A DNA stretch of 64,000 nt from Minisyncoccota bacterium (GCA_041649495.1 JBAZMZ010000003.1:6602-70601); one strand, 5' to 3'. Shown: positions 1 through 10,665, counted from the stretch's first letter. The notes: generated by a model not told the origin, from the sequence alone. Made by a program: numbers and translations.

Positions 1-332
1 GGTGAGCAATTCGGATCGCCACCTTGGATCATGAAGTCTTTAATGACCCGATGAAAATTGAGGCCGTCATAATAACCGGCTTGAGCTAATTTCACAAAAT
101 TGGCGACGGTGTTGGGGGCGTCGTTGGTATAAGTTTCAAATTGAATTTCGCCGAGCGAAGTGTCTAAAGTGATGATAGGTGACATAATTTTATTTGCTTG
201 TCCCGAGCTTGTCGCGGGGAGTGAATTAGGTTGAGTAATAGGAGGATTTGAACGACTGGCGCCCCAACCGATAATAATAAGAGCAATAACAATCACGACT
301 AAAATGAGACTAATCAAAGTTTTGTTGGACAT
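1..332 (-). CDS. peptidyl-prolyl cis-trans isomerase, cyclophilin type (gene 3' end outside window)
   Basis: Reverse strand translates [13 protein letters not shown](TM)...[47 protein letters not shown], the cyclophilin signature; N-terminal membrane anchor; start codon is the complement of cat at 330-332. Confidence 0.7.
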   Translation of the reverse strand, partial: MSNKTLISLILVVIVIALIIIGWGASRSNPPITQPNSLPATSSGQANKIMSPIITLDTSLGEIQFETYTNDAPNTVANFVKLAQAGYYDGLNFHRVIKDFMIQGGDPNCS

Positions 333-382
333 GAAAAAATTGATTAATTGATAATTATAAAAAAGTATAGCAGAATAGGTCA

Positions 383-1387
383 ATGATTGGCAAAAAACCT
401 CCTAATCAGCTAAAGCAGGAGATTGCTTGGCTAAAACGGGAGAAGTATGGCTTGGGAGAAGTCCAACTTCAAGTGAGCCCGAAGTTGGACTTCGCGCAAG
501 CTAGACAATTTAAAAAAGACCTCGAACGGCTCAACGATGGTGAGCCGTTAGATTATGTCATCGGCTGGCGAGATTTTTTGGGTTGTCGGATTGACCTTTC
601 GGCCAAACCGCTCATCCCGCGCGCCGAAACCGAATTTTGGGTCGAGCAGGCGATTAAAGAGCTCGGCGAAATGGGCGAGGCGGTTAGACGAGATCGTTTT
701 TTGTGTAACGAAATGGGATCTCGCAAAACTAAAACCGGAGTACGAAATCATTTCAACTTCGCGAAACCGAACAAAGCTACTTGCGAAGTCGCATTTAGTT
801 CCACAAAAAACGACTTCTCACGACCGCTTCGAGTCCTTGACCTCTTTGCTGGCTCGGGTTGCATCGGTCTCGCGGTGCTCAAACATTGTCCTAATGCTCA
901 CGTGACCTTCGGTGAAAAAGATCCCAAACTTTGCGCGCAAATTAAGAAAAATCTCAAACTGAATCAAATTCCCGCTAGTCGCGCCAAAGTCAGTCAAACC
1001 AACCTATTTAAGCCTTATTTATCGAAGTTCGACTTCGATACCTTACAAAAAGGTGGAAAACTTGATCGGTTTGATGTTGTCTTGGCCAATCCGCCTTATG
1101 TCCCAACCAGAAAGAGTAAAGTGCAAAAATCAGTTAAAGATTGGGAACCAAAAGAAGCACTTTTTGCTGGCAATGATGGTTTGGTTATCATCAAAAAATT
1201 TCTGAAGCAAGCCAGGCTGCATCTTGAGTCAGCCTGCCCTGAGCGTAGTCGAAGGGGTAAAATTTATCTCGAATTTGGCTATGGGCAAAAATTGGCTATC
1301 ACCAAATTACTTAAGCAATTCGGCTATTCAAACTGGCAATTTCACCAAGATCAATTCGGCAAATGGCGCTGGGTAGTGGTAGAATAA
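383..1387 (+). CDS. prmC: release-factor glutamine N5-methyltransferase PrmC/HemK, carrying in-frame repeat inserts
   Basis: [17 protein letters not shown]-binding motif and NPPY catalytic motif ([10 protein letters not shown]); about 45 extra residues sit between the N-domain and the SAM motif and contain palindromic repeats. Confidence 0.8.
   Translation: MIGKKPPNQLKQEIAWLKREKYGLGEVQLQVSPKLDFAQARQFKKDLERLNDGEPLDYVIGWRDFLGCRIDLSAKPLIPRAETEFWVEQAIKELGEMGEAVRRDRFLCNEMGSRKTKTGVRNHFNFAKPNKATCEVAFSSTKNDFSRPLRVLDLFAGSGCIGLAVLKHCPNAHVTFGEKDPKLCAQIKKNLKLNQIPASRAKVSQTNLFKPYLSKFDFDTLQKGGKLDRFDVVLANPPYVPTRKSKVQKSVKDWEPKEALFAGNDGLVIIKKFLKQARLHLESACPERSRRGKIYLEFGYGQKLAITKLLKQFGYSNWQFHQDQFGKWRWVVVE
458..493. 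repeat. 36-bp palindromic mini-element GAAGTCCAACTTC-AAGTGAGCCC-GAAGTTGGACTTC, in-frame in prmC
   Basis: Perfect 13-bp inverted arms around a 10-bp spacer; the same architecture recurs at 15604, 18204, 11818 and 41015. Confidence 0.85.
785..817. repeat. 33-bp palindromic mini-element GAAGTCGCATTTAGTTCCACAAAAAACGACTTC, in-frame in prmC
   Basis: Related to GAAGTCGGACTTAGTTACACAAAGTACGACTTC at 9618 and 11751. Confidence 0.75.
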
Positions 1388-1395
1388 GTAAAACC

Positions 1396-1998
1396 ATGTT
1401 TAAAAATAAAAATTGGCAAAATCGTTGGATAAACAAAAATCGCTGGCCCGAGAGCCTGTTTGCTAAACGGGTTTGGCTATTTCTCAAAAATAAGAAGGTC
1501 AAAACTCTGCTTGATCTCGGTTGTGGCGGTGGTCGCGATTCGCAGTATTTTTCTCGCCGAGGGCTTAAAGTTGTGGCTCTTGACATCCTTCGGAGTGAGG
1601 ATCAACAAGAAAAATTAAAACAAAATAATATTCCCTTTGTCAAAAGCGACATTAGGAAGCTTAAACTTAAGGGCAATTCTTTTGATGTCATTTATGCCCA
1701 TCTTAGCCTCCACTATTTTAATAATAAAACGACCGACAAAGTTTTTAGTAATTTACACAAAATTCTTAAGCCGGGCGGTTATCTTTTTATAAAATGCAAA
1801 TCGGTTAATGACCCGCTCTATGGCAAAGGCAAGAAAATAGAAGAGAATTTTTACGAAGAAGAACATTTGCGCCACTTCTTTTCTAAAGATTATATGAGAG
1901 AAAAATTAAAGAACTTTAAGATTATCAAGATTACTCAAACCAGCACCTTTAAACGTCCCAGCAAAGCTTCATTTATTGAAGCTTTTGCTCAAAAATAA
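1396..1998 (+). CDS. class I SAM-dependent methyltransferase
   Basis: LLDLGCGGGRDSQYFSRRGLKVVALDI (motif I), FDVIYAHLSLHYF, LKPGGYLFI; ATG at 1396 avoids overlap with prmC. Confidence 0.7.
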   Translation: MFKNKNWQNRWINKNRWPESLFAKRVWLFLKNKKVKTLLDLGCGGGRDSQYFSRRGLKVVALDILRSEDQQEKLKQNNIPFVKSDIRKLKLKGNSFDVIYAHLSLHYFNNKTTDKVFSNLHKILKPGGYLFIKCKSVNDPLYGKGKKIEENFYEEEHLRHFFSKDYMREKLKNFKIIKITQTSTFKRPSKASFIEAFAQK

Positions 1999-1999
1999 A

Positions 2000-3274
2000 A
2001 TGAAAAAAACAGAAAACAATTACGATGTTATCGTTATCGGGGGCGGACCGTCAGGGATGATGGCGGCGGGGGGGGCTGGAGAGCGGGGCAAGAAAGTTTT
2101 GTTGTTGGAGAAAAATGAACGGCTTGGCGACAAGCTCAAGGCAACCGGTGGTGGGCGATGCAATATTACCAACGCCGAGGAGGACAAGGAGGCTCTACTT
2201 CGTCATTATGGTCAGGCCAAAGATTTTCTCCAATCGCCTTTTTCTCAATTTGGTGTCAAAGATACTTTTGCTTTTTTTGAAAACCAAGGACTGCCCTTGG
2301 TGGTTGAGGCACGGAAGCGCGCTTTCCCGGCGACGCAAAAAGCGGGGGATGTTTTTCGAGTTCTTGAGAAATTTATGCGAACTGGCAAAGTTGCCATCAA
2401 AACTGGTGCCCAAGTTGTTAAGTTAATTAAAGATAATGATCAAAAAGTCACTGGGGTGATTCTGGCCAATCACGAGAAGTGTTTTGCCTCCAATTTTATC
2501 TTCGCCACTGGCGGTCTCTCTCATCCCGAACTGGGCGCAACGGGTGATGGCTTCGCGTGGCTTAAGTCGCTGGGCCACACCGTCAAAGAATCTTCGCCCG
2601 ATATTGTGCCCCTCGCGGTTAAAGAAAAATGGGTGAAGGATCTCTCGGGCGTGTCGCTTTCGTTTATGAAAATTACTTTTTTTCTGGACGGCGTGAAAAA
2701 GTTTTCGAAAAAAGGCAAAATTCTTTTTACGCACTTTGGTTTGTCAGGGCCACTTATCTTAAATTCGGCCCGCGAAGTAAAATATTTGATTCAAACTGGA
2801 GGCATAGTCACAGCGCAAATTGACACTTGTCCCGACACCGATATTGGCTCGCTTGAGAAGCAAGTGATTAAAATTTTGGATCAAAACAAAAATAAAAGTT
2901 TGAAAAATGTTCTGCCCGAAATTGCCCCTGACGGTCTGGCTCCCGCTCTGATTAATTTACTAACTAAAAAAACCTGGCCGGTCAGGCTAGATTTAGCTAA
3001 AAAAGTTCACAGCCTCACCAAAGAAGAGCGTCGTGTGATTGTCGATTTGCTCAAAGCTCTCCCCCTCACTATCACTGGTCTCATGGGCTTCGATCGAGCG
3101 GTGGTCTCGGATGGGGGAGTTGATTTGGCTGAAATTGATACCCGCGCCATGCGTTCGCGTCTCCACCCTAATATCTATGTCACGGGCGATCTTCTCAATA
3201 TCTCTCGCCCCTCCGGTGGCTTCTCCCTCCAACTCTGCTGGACGACGGGATATGTCGCGGGGAAGAGTGTGTGA
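2000..3274 (+). CDS. HI0933/BaiN-family NAD(P)/FAD-dependent flavoprotein
   Basis: N-terminal YDVIVIGGGPSGMMAAG dinucleotide-binding motif followed by KATGGGRCNITN, typical of the HI0933-like family; internal ATG at 2000 taken as start. Confidence 0.75.
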   Translation: MKKTENNYDVIVIGGGPSGMMAAGGAGERGKKVLLLEKNERLGDKLKATGGGRCNITNAEEDKEALLRHYGQAKDFLQSPFSQFGVKDTFAFFENQGLPLVVEARKRAFPATQKAGDVFRVLEKFMRTGKVAIKTGAQVVKLIKDNDQKVTGVILANHEKCFASNFIFATGGLSHPELGATGDGFAWLKSLGHTVKESSPDIVPLAVKEKWVKDLSGVSLSFMKITFFLDGVKKFSKKGKILFTHFGLSGPLILNSAREVKYLIQTGGIVTAQIDTCPDTDIGSLEKQVIKILDQNKNKSLKNVLPEIAPDGLAPALINLLTKKTWPVRLDLAKKVHSLTKEERRVIVDLLKALPLTITGLMGFDRAVVSDGGVDLAEIDTRAMRSRLHPNIYVTGDLLNISRPSGGFSLQLCWTTGYVAGKSV

Positions 3275-3286
3275 TAAAATATAATT

Positions 3287-3787
3287 ATGAAAATAGAGAA
3301 TAAATTGCACCTCTGGGGTGAAGTTTTTGATATTTTGTATGAGGATCTCGATGATTTTTCCGTTTTGCCTCGTGAATTATGCACTCAAGTCTATGGAGTT
3401 TGTTTTTGCGACGACAAATTAGTAATTGGTTTCGGCGGGAAGAAAAATGGTTGGGGTTTAATCGGGGGAACGATTGAGCCGACTGAAACCTTCGACGAAA
3501 CGCTTAAACGAGAAATTATCGAAGAGTCAAATATGGAAGTGATAAAGTGGTTGCCGATTGGTTATCAAAAGATTACCGATAAAAATGGACAGGTTAAGTA
3601 TCAGTTAAGAACAGCTTGTCTCGTCCGTAAACTCGGAGAGTTTTTAAGCGATCCTGCTGGCAGTATTAAGGAGGTAAAATTAATTAATCCGGCTACTTAT
3701 AAAGAATATTTTGACTGGGGTGAGATTGGTGACAGAATCATAAATCGCGCCTTAGAATTAAAGATTAAATTAGAAGATGGTATTTAA
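3287..3787 (+). CDS. NUDIX hydrolase
   Basis: Nudix box GGTIEPTETFDETLKREIIEESNMEV (GX5EX7REUXEEXGU). Confidence 0.75.
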   Translation: MKIENKLHLWGEVFDILYEDLDDFSVLPRELCTQVYGVCFCDDKLVIGFGGKKNGWGLIGGTIEPTETFDETLKREIIEESNMEVIKWLPIGYQKITDKNGQVKYQLRTACLVRKLGEFLSDPAGSIKEVKLINPATYKEYFDWGEIGDRIINRALELKIKLEDGI

Positions 3788-3808
3788 ATCATCGTTAGAA
3801 AAAAATAA

Positions 3809-4305
3809 ATGCCAGAACATAAATTAAAAATTCATTCTTATCAAAAAAGTTTTCCGGCCCAATTTGCAAAAATTAAAGCGAAGCTGTCAGAGGTTTTGCC
3901 CGTGTCGGCCGAGATTGAACATATTGGCAGTACGTCTGTCCCCGGTTTGGGCGGTAAGGGCATTATCGATATCTTGATTGCTTTACCAAATTGGCATCAA
4001 GAAAAAGAGATTATTGCGAATTTACAAAAATTGGGTTACGCGCATCTTCACCCGCGTAAGAGGGGTCATATTTTTTTAAGTCCGGTCGCTGAGACAAAAA
4101 AAGGGCGATCCCCATCTTCATATAGTTTTGAAAAAGAGTGCTGGCCACAGGGGTCTATTAAAATTTCGTGATCAATTATGTTGTCGGTCGAAACTTTTAA
4201 AAGAATATCAAGAATTAAAAAATAGATTAACTAAAGAAAACAAAAATCGTACCGAATACGGCAGGCTTAAAGCTGATTTTATTAAAAAAGTGATTAAAAA
4301 ATAAA
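3809..4305 (+). pseudogene. GrpB-family (UPF0157) nucleotidyltransferase-like protein, frameshifted
   Basis: The N-terminal part (IEHIGSTSVPGLGGKGIIDILI) is in one frame to 4171; the typical GrpB C-terminus (KFRDQLCCRSKLLKEYQELKNRLTKENKNRTEYGRLKADFIKKVIKK) continues in another frame over 4160-4305. Confidence 0.5.
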
Positions 4306-4663
4306 GGCTGGGCGTGCGAGGGAAATTTGTGATAAGATAAAATTATGGAAAATTTATCTCAAAGTCAATTCGAGTCGTTTCTTGGTCAGAAAGTAAAAAT
4401 CAAAATTGATCGAGCTTTAGGTACCAACCACCCCAAGCACTGACGACGAAATTCGCCAAGCCACCAATTTTCAAGAGCAATTTTTTAAATCGGTTATAAT
4501 CAGAACCCCTCTTTGATTTTTTGAGTAAATCTGTTATAATTTGATCGGGTGTTGTTTCTTTACAATCAATCACTATCGTCACTGGGATTTGTCATTGAAT
4601 CTCAAAAAGAAAACTACTTTGGCGACGGCGAGCCAAGAGTTATTATGTCGAAAGTTAGATAAG

Positions 4664-4903
4664 ATGAAATTCTATCGAATTAAAATCTATTGCGCCAATT
4701 GTCACACCCATTTGTACGATTATGACAAAGATATGGTGGGGCATTTGATCAAGTGCTACAAGGAACGAATTGTGACTGATTACACCAAGGGCGATTTAAC
4801 TTGTCCCAATTGTGGCGAAGTTTTTGCGCGTGAGGCAATGTATCACGGGATGCTAGCCAATAAGATTATCCAAGGCAAGGTCTACCACAAGGGGCATTGC
4901 TAA
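4664..4903 (+). CDS. small zinc-ribbon protein (CxxC..CxxC), hypothetical
   Basis: MKFYRIKIYCANCHTHL...LTCPNCGEVF; two CxxC pairs; TGTTATAAT box upstream at 4532-4540. Confidence 0.45.
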   Translation: MKFYRIKIYCANCHTHLYDYDKDMVGHLIKCYKERIVTDYTKGDLTCPNCGEVFAREAMYHGMLANKIIQGKVYHKGHC

Positions 4904-4954
4904 AGTTATCCCCTTCAAAGCTAGCTAAAAACGGACAAATCGGTTAAAATATAA

Positions 4955-5232
4955 TTGGTTGTTCTTTTGGTTAGGAATCGAAGCACGTAGGAAGGTGTGG
5001 CCTTCAAGTTTTTCAATCGTTTCCCCTGGAAACGATTCCCCACAAACACCACATTCCTCCTACTCATCTTCTATTCCCAACACCCGCTCACCACCGCCCT
5101 CCTTCCATTTTCGGAAGTCGAGGGCGGTTTTCTTGACAGGTCTGCCCCGTCGCCCATTGTTGTGGCGGAGGGTAGCGGAGTCCGTTTCCCCGCGCGCCTG
5201 GTTTGAGACTAGACGCGCGGGGCTTTTTTTTT
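4955..5232 (+). ncRNA. GC-rich structured intergenic element ending in an intrinsic terminator; candidate small RNA, identity unknown
   Basis: Nested hairpins ATCGTTTCCCCTGGAAACGAT and CCGCCCTCCTTCC..GGAAGTCGAGGGCGG, then CCCCGCGCGCC..GGCGCGCGGGG followed by a T9 run at 5187-5232; no coherent ORF. Confidence 0.3.
5187..5232 (+). terminator. rho-independent terminator
   Basis: CCCCGCGCGCC-loop-GCGCGCGGGG stem followed by TTTTTTTTT. Confidence 0.7.
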
Positions 5233-5267
5233 GTGCAAAATAAGTGATTTAGTAGTAAAATACGAGT

Positions 5268-6044
5268 ATGAAAAAAATAATTATCGTAATCCTTGCTCTT
5301 GTTGTTGTTAGTATTATTGGAATCGGATTTTATTGGTCGCGACAATCAAAGGTAATTCCGGCTGGTGGGGTGATTAATGCGGTCACTTTTAATTGCCAAG
5401 ACGAAAAAGCGATTGACGCCATCTTTTTCAAGAATCGAGTTGAGCTAACTTTGAATGATGGGCGCCATTGGCTTTTAAATCAGACGATTTCGGCCTCAGG
5501 CGCGCGCTATGCGAATGAGGATGAGAGTTTCGTCTTTTGGAACAAGGGTGACACCGCTTTTATTACTGAAAACGGGGTAACGACTTTTGCTAATTGTGTT
5601 TTGGCCGAGAACAATCAAACTGGCATCGCCGAACAGTATTTTAGTCAAAATTTTAAAAAGTTTGTTGACAATAAAACTGGTATCACCTTCGAATATCCTG
5701 ACCAACTTTTGACCAAATATATTTCGGCGGTTAATTGGCCACCGAAGGCTCAAGATCTTAATAAACCTTTTGCTTGTGTCGAAACGGCGAAGCAGATAAT
5801 TAACGGCCAAGATTATTGTGTGACGAAGACGAGCGAGGGGGCAGTGGGCAGTATTTATACAACTTATACTTATGCTTTCCCTTATAATAATACAACCCTA
5901 ACTCTCAATTTTACCTTGCGTCTAGTGCAATGTGGCAATTATGATGACCCCAAGAAGAGCGAGTGCGAGCAAGAGCGAACAATTTTCAATCCCGACAACG
6001 CTCTCGACCAAATCGCTCAAAGCTTAACTTTTCAAATTCAATAA
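5268..6044 (+). CDS. membrane-anchored protein with an MliC-like (lysozyme-inhibitor fold) domain
   Basis: N-terminal TM/signal; FNCQDEK...ISASGARYANEDESFVFWNKGDTAF...FANC, with the SGARY motif and bracketing Cys pair typical of MliC. Confidence 0.5.
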   Translation: MKKIIIVILALVVVSIIGIGFYWSRQSKVIPAGGVINAVTFNCQDEKAIDAIFFKNRVELTLNDGRHWLLNQTISASGARYANEDESFVFWNKGDTAFITENGVTTFANCVLAENNQTGIAEQYFSQNFKKFVDNKTGITFEYPDQLLTKYISAVNWPPKAQDLNKPFACVETAKQIINGQDYCVTKTSEGAVGSIYTTYTYAFPYNNTTLTLNFTLRLVQCGNYDDPKKSECEQERTIFNPDNALDQIAQSLTFQIQ

Positions 6045-6391
6045 TTAGCCAATTAGACAATTAGAATAAATTTATGATGGGAAAAGAAAAAATAGAAATT
6101 AACCCAGGAGAAAAGTACCAGAAGGAGCGACAGATATGGAATCGGCCTTGTTTTGGGCTACCCACATGGATGAACCTTGCGGGGTCGAAGTTGAATCAGG
6201 GAAGGTCAATCTCCGGGATTTTTATCTGCGCGAAGCTCAAGAGGCGCTTGGTCAGATTGTTGAGCCCGACGCCCGACGATTTTTAGAATTGGAAATTAAA
6301 CGACATCAAGAAGCCCATTAACGATTCCAAGGACTACCCTTGGAAAAAATAAAAAATTTGTAAAAGATGGGATTCGTGCTATACTGGGAGT

Positions 6392-6628
6392 GTGAAGAAT
6401 AACTACAAGAAAGAACAAGAGGTTAATTTTGTGGGGATGACGCTAGGAGAATTTATTGATTACTATAATGAAAACACGCCCGCGGCCATGCCTCGAGCAA
6501 CCAAAAACGCGCTTAAAGAATTTCAGACTTCTCACGCCAACATTTTTGACGAAAGTGGCCTCTGGACTATCGACAAACATCGTCGGCGCGTGATGGATTG
6601 GCTCTCCTCGTATCACGCCGAAGCTTAA
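6392..6628 (+). CDS. hypothetical small protein (GTG start)
   Basis: 78-aa ORF preceded by TGCTATACT and a GGGAG RBS; no recognisable domain. Confidence 0.3.
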   Translation: MKNNYKKEQEVNFVGMTLGEFIDYYNENTPAAMPRATKNALKEFQTSHANIFDESGLWTIDKHRRRVMDWLSSYHAEA

Positions 6629-6799
6629 TTTATTTAACTATGAAAAATACCGGCAAAGTGGGCAATAAAAAGGGGGCACCGAAATTTCGGACGCCATCAA
6701 CTTTTATGGCTAATCAGAGTTTAAAAAACAATTTTAAAGTTCAGAATAACTTCAAAAGTCGTCCAACCAAGGTCTTCAATCGCGGGAAATAAGTTAGTT

Positions 6800-7100
6800 C
6801 TAAAACTTTTTAGGCAAAAAGAAAAGCCAAGCTTGTCTTGTCTCATCGAAACCCCGGGGGATAAGGCTCTTTGAGATCGCTTGGCTTTCTGAGAGCCTGT
6901 CTTCTGTGAGGCAGAAGGAAAGGCTCTCTTTCGGGGGGAAGAACAAAAAGAAGGAAGCGAGCGGGGCGTGGATTGCCGCGGGCGAAGCGGGTGAGGCTTA
7001 CTTTTTCTGACACCCTGCCCACTTCCAACTCAAAGAATGTTTAATCTGCTTGGAAGTCTATCAGATTCCCCCAGAATATGCAAGTTTTGTCTATTTTTAT
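6800..7100. other. GC-rich structured intergenic region upstream of ppsA (leader, sRNA or convergent terminators)
   Basis: Long hairpins AAAGCCAAGC..GCTTGGCTTT and GAGAGCCTGTCTTCTG-TGAG-GCAGAAGGAAAGGCTCTC; overlapping ORFs on both strands have no protein character. Confidence 0.3.
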
Positions 7101-7122
7101 TAATCCTGTATAATTAACAGAT

Positions 7123-9555
7123 ATGGAAAAATCTAAAGAATTTATTATTTGGTTCAAGGATCTCGCTATCTCGGATATCCCCCTCGTCGGTGGCAAAAAC
7201 GCGGCGTTGGGTGAGATGTTTAATAATTTAGTGCAAATGGGAGTCAATGTGCCCAACGGTTTTGCCATTACGGCCTACGCCTATTCATATTTTCTTGAGA
7301 AAACGGGTTTGAAAAATAAAATTAAAGAAGTTCTCACCGATCTCGATACCCACAATATTCTTGATTTGCAAAAGCGAGGGCACAAGGTGCGTGAGTTGAT
7401 TATTAACGAAGAATTGCCCGAAGAATTGCGCGTTGAGATTATCTCGGCCTATCAAAAATTGAGTTCGAGTTATCATGCTAAAAATGTGGATGTCGCCGTG
7501 CGTTCCTCGGCCACGGCCGAAGATTTGCCGGGGGCCTCGTTTGCCGGTCAACAAGAAACTTTCCTCAATATCAATAGCGAGAAGGAATTAATGCTGGCCG
7601 TGCGCAAATGTATGGCCTCACTCTTCACCAATCGCGCCATTTCTTATCGCTTTGATAAAGGCTTCTCGATGTTTGATGTTTTGTTGTCGGTGGGGGTGCA
7701 AAAGATGGTGCGGAGTGACTTGGGCTCGTCGGGGGTGATGTTCTCAATTGATACCGAAACCGGTTTTGATAAAGTCGTCATCATCAATGCTTCTTATGGT
7801 TTGGGTGAGATGGTGGTCTTGGGTCGGGTAACACCCGACGAATACACGGTTTTCAAACCATCGCTCGAGCGTGGTTATCACTCAATTTTGTCAAAGACGC
7901 TTGGTCAGAAGGATGTTAAATTAATTTATGACAAGAAGGGGACAAAGCCGGTTAAAGTGTCGGTGGCCGACTTTAATAAATTTGCGTTAACCGATGACGA
8001 AATTACCAAATTGGCGGTTTGGGGAATGACGATCGAGAAATATTTTTCGAACAAACATAATCGCTATCAACCGATGGATATGGAGTGGGCTAAGGATGGC
8101 AAAACTGGCGAACTTTATATTGTTCAAGCTCGACCTGAGACGATTCATGCTGGCACCGACAAAAATGTTTACTCCGAATATGTTTTAGGCAAAAAAAGTA
8201 AAGAAATTCTTCGGGGCACCGCGATTGGCGCCAAGATTGCGTCAGGCCGAGTGCGAATTATTCGCGATGCCAAACAGATGAGCACTTTCAAGAAGGGTGA
8301 AATTTTGGTGACCGAAATTACCGATCCCGACTGGGAACCGATTATGAAGATTGCCTCGGCCATTATTACCGAGAAGGGCGGGCGCACTAGTCACGCGGCG
8401 ATTGTCTCGCGCGAGTTGGGCGTGCCGTGCATTGTGGGCACCGGTCAGGCCACAAAAAAATTAAAAAATAATCAATTGATTACCGTCGATTGTTCCTCGG
8501 GCAAAGATGGTATTGCTTATGAAGGTAAACTTGAATTTGAGGTCAAAGAGCATCATTTGGATCGCTTGCCCAAGACGCGAACGAAGGTGATGGTTAATAT
8601 TGGTTCACCCGAAGATGCTCGGCGCAATTTTCATTTGCCCACGGCGGGGGTGGGCCTGGGTCGGCTGGAATTTATCATCAGCTCGTATATTAAAGTTCAC
8701 CCTAATGCCCTTTTGAATTACAAAGAATTGCAAAGGAGTAAGGACCCGCGCGCCAAGAAGGCGGTGGCCTCAATCAACGAATTAGCTAAGGAATACAAAA
8801 ACAAAACTGATTATTATGTCGGCGAATTAGCCGAGGGCGTGTCGTTAATTGCGGCCGCTTTTTATCCTCACGATGTGATTATCCGTTTTTCGGATTTCAA
8901 AACCAACGAGTATCGCACGCTAATTGGCGGTGATTTGTATGAGCCGGAGGAGGAAAACCCGATGATTGGTTGGCGGGGCGCCTCGCGTTATTATGATCCC
9001 AAATTCCGCAAAGCGTTTGCGTTGGAGTGCAAGGCGCTCTACAAAGTGCGTCAGGAAATGGGCTTTGCCAATATTATCCCGATGATTCCTTTTTGCCGGA
9101 CCGTTGAGGAGGCTAAACAAGTGGTGGCGATTATGGAGGAGGCTGGTCTCGATCGCCAAGCGGATTCGTCACTCAAAATTTATGTGATGTGCGAAATTCC
9201 GTCGAATGTGACGGAGGCCGAAGAATTTCTCGAAATTTTTGACGGGATGTCGATTGGCTCGAATGATTTAACGCAATTAACGCTTGGCCTCGATCGTGAT
9301 TCGAATTTAATCAGCCATATTGCCAACGAGAATCATCCGTCGGTGAAAAAATTAATCGAAGTAGCGATTAGCGCTTGTCGACGAAATCACAAATACATCG
9401 GCATTTGCGGTCAGGCGCCGTCTGATTATCCCGAATATGCCGAGTTCTTGGTCAAAAATGGCATTGAGAGCATTTCGCTTAATCCTGATACTGTGATTAA
9501 AACTCTGCCTATTATCGAAGAAGCGGAGAAAAAATATCCAGCGCCTAATGCTTAA
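7123..9555 (+). CDS. ppsA: phosphoenolpyruvate synthase (pyruvate, water dikinase)
   Basis: N-terminal ATP-grasp (LVGGKNAALGEM), phosphohistidine mobile domain GGRTSHAAIVSRELGVPCIVG, C-terminal PEP-utilising domain; 810 aa. Confidence 0.9.
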   Translation: MEKSKEFIIWFKDLAISDIPLVGGKNAALGEMFNNLVQMGVNVPNGFAITAYAYSYFLEKTGLKNKIKEVLTDLDTHNILDLQKRGHKVRELIINEELPEELRVEIISAYQKLSSSYHAKNVDVAVRSSATAEDLPGASFAGQQETFLNINSEKELMLAVRKCMASLFTNRAISYRFDKGFSMFDVLLSVGVQKMVRSDLGSSGVMFSIDTETGFDKVVIINASYGLGEMVVLGRVTPDEYTVFKPSLERGYHSILSKTLGQKDVKLIYDKKGTKPVKVSVADFNKFALTDDEITKLAVWGMTIEKYFSNKHNRYQPMDMEWAKDGKTGELYIVQARPETIHAGTDKNVYSEYVLGKKSKEILRGTAIGAKIASGRVRIIRDAKQMSTFKKGEILVTEITDPDWEPIMKIASAIITEKGGRTSHAAIVSRELGVPCIVGTGQATKKLKNNQLITVDCSSGKDGIAYEGKLEFEVKEHHLDRLPKTRTKVMVNIGSPEDARRNFHLPTAGVGLGRLEFIISSYIKVHPNALLNYKELQRSKDPRAKKAVASINELAKEYKNKTDYYVGELAEGVSLIAAAFYPHDVIIRFSDFKTNEYRTLIGGDLYEPEEENPMIGWRGASRYYDPKFRKAFALECKALYKVRQEMGFANIIPMIPFCRTVEEAKQVVAIMEEAGLDRQADSSLKIYVMCEIPSNVTEAEEFLEIFDGMSIGSNDLTQLTLGLDRDSNLISHIANENHPSVKKLIEVAISACRRNHKYIGICGQAPSDYPEYAEFLVKNGIESISLNPDTVIKTLPIIEEAEKKYPAPNA

Positions 9556-9558
9556 AAG

Positions 9559-10665
9559 ATGAAAACTTTATTTTTTGAATTAGAAAATTGGGAACGAGAG
9601 TTTATCGAAGCAAGTTCAAAGTCGGACTTAGTTACACAAAGTACGACTTCTAACTTGCCGACCGAACCAGAAGTCGTATCTCGCGTAGCCAGATCCGACT
9701 TCGAGTTCGTTGAAGGAGTTTTGGCTGAGGAGACGATTGCCAAATTAACCGACGAGCAAAAAGAGGCCGAGATTATTTCTATTTTTGTGGATTCGGTGAT
9801 AAATGCGAAAGTTTTAGAGAGCTTCCCGAATTTAAAAATGATTGCGACGCGGTCAACTGGTTATGACCATATTGAACTTGAAGCTTGTCGAGCCAAGGGA
9901 ATAATGGTAGCCAATGTGCCAAGCTATGGCGAAGAAACGGTGGCTGAATATGCTTTTGCTTTAATGCTCACCTTGTCGCGCAAAATTTTTGAGAGTTATG
10001 ACCGGATTAAAGAAACGGGGAGTTTTGACCTTACTGGGATGCGTGGTTTTGATTTGAATGGCAAAACCTTGGGAGTGATTGGCACGGGCAAAATCGGCAA
10101 GAATGTCATTGAAATTGCCAATGGCTTCAACATGAAGGTGATTGCCTATGACAAATTCCCCGATGAAGCTTATCGGCAAAAAATGGGTTATGAGTATCTC
10201 TCGTTTGATGAAGTGCTGGCCCAGTCTGACATTTTGACGCTTCATGTGCCTTTTTTGCCCGAAAATGAACATTTGATTAATGCCGAAACCATCGCCAAGA
10301 TGAAAAAAGGCGTTTATTTAATCAACACCGCGCGCGGAGCTTTAGTTGACACGGATGCTTTGCTTAAAGCTCTCCAATCTGGGCAAATTGCTGGTGCTGG
10401 TCTAGATGTGCTGGAAGAAGAGGGGGTCATTAAAGATGAATTAAATTTTCTCACTCGTCTCTCGTCAGGGCAAGCCAGTGCTCATCAAAATGGTCATAAT
10501 TTTAAAACGATTTTAGAGAACCACGTCTTGGTCGATCTGCCGAATGTTGTGATCACGCCCCACAACGCTTTCAATACTTGGGAAGCGCTCAAACGAATTC
10601 TTAATACCACGCTTGAAAATATCAAAAGCTTCTCCGCCGGCATCCCCCAAAATTTGGTGAAATAA
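9559..10665 (+). CDS. D-isomer-specific 2-hydroxyacid dehydrogenase, carrying in-frame repeat inserts near the N-terminus
   Basis: GVIGTGKIGKNV NAD-binding motif, catalytic-domain signature (R..E..H context); N-terminal region 9617-9704 consists of two palindromic mini-elements. Confidence 0.8.
   Translation: MKTLFFELENWEREFIEASSKSDLVTQSTTSNLPTEPEVVSRVARSDFEFVEGVLAEETIAKLTDEQKEAEIISIFVDSVINAKVLESFPNLKMIATRSTGYDHIELEACRAKGIMVANVPSYGEETVAEYAFALMLTLSRKIFESYDRIKETGSFDLTGMRGFDLNGKTLGVIGTGKIGKNVIEIANGFNMKVIAYDKFPDEAYRQKMGYEYLSFDEVLAQSDILTLHVPFLPENEHLINAETIAKMKKGVYLINTARGALVDTDALLKALQSGQIAGAGLDVLEEEGVIKDELNFLTRLSSGQASAHQNGHNFKTILENHVLVDLPNVVITPHNAFNTWEALKRILNTTLENIKSFSAGIPQNLVK
9618..9704. repeat. 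two adjacent palindromic mini-elements in-frame in the dehydrogenase gene
   Basis: AAGTCGGACTTAGTTACACAAAGTACGACTTC, then GAAGTCGTATCTCGCGTAGCCAGATCCGACTTCGA; the latter recurs at 61565 and 63965. Confidence 0.8.

Noticed and set aside
6074-6792. Small overlapping ORFs 6074-6286, 6136-6321, 6598-6792
   Set aside because: Short, mutually overlapping or lacking convincing RBS and start; only 6392-6628 kept at low confidence.
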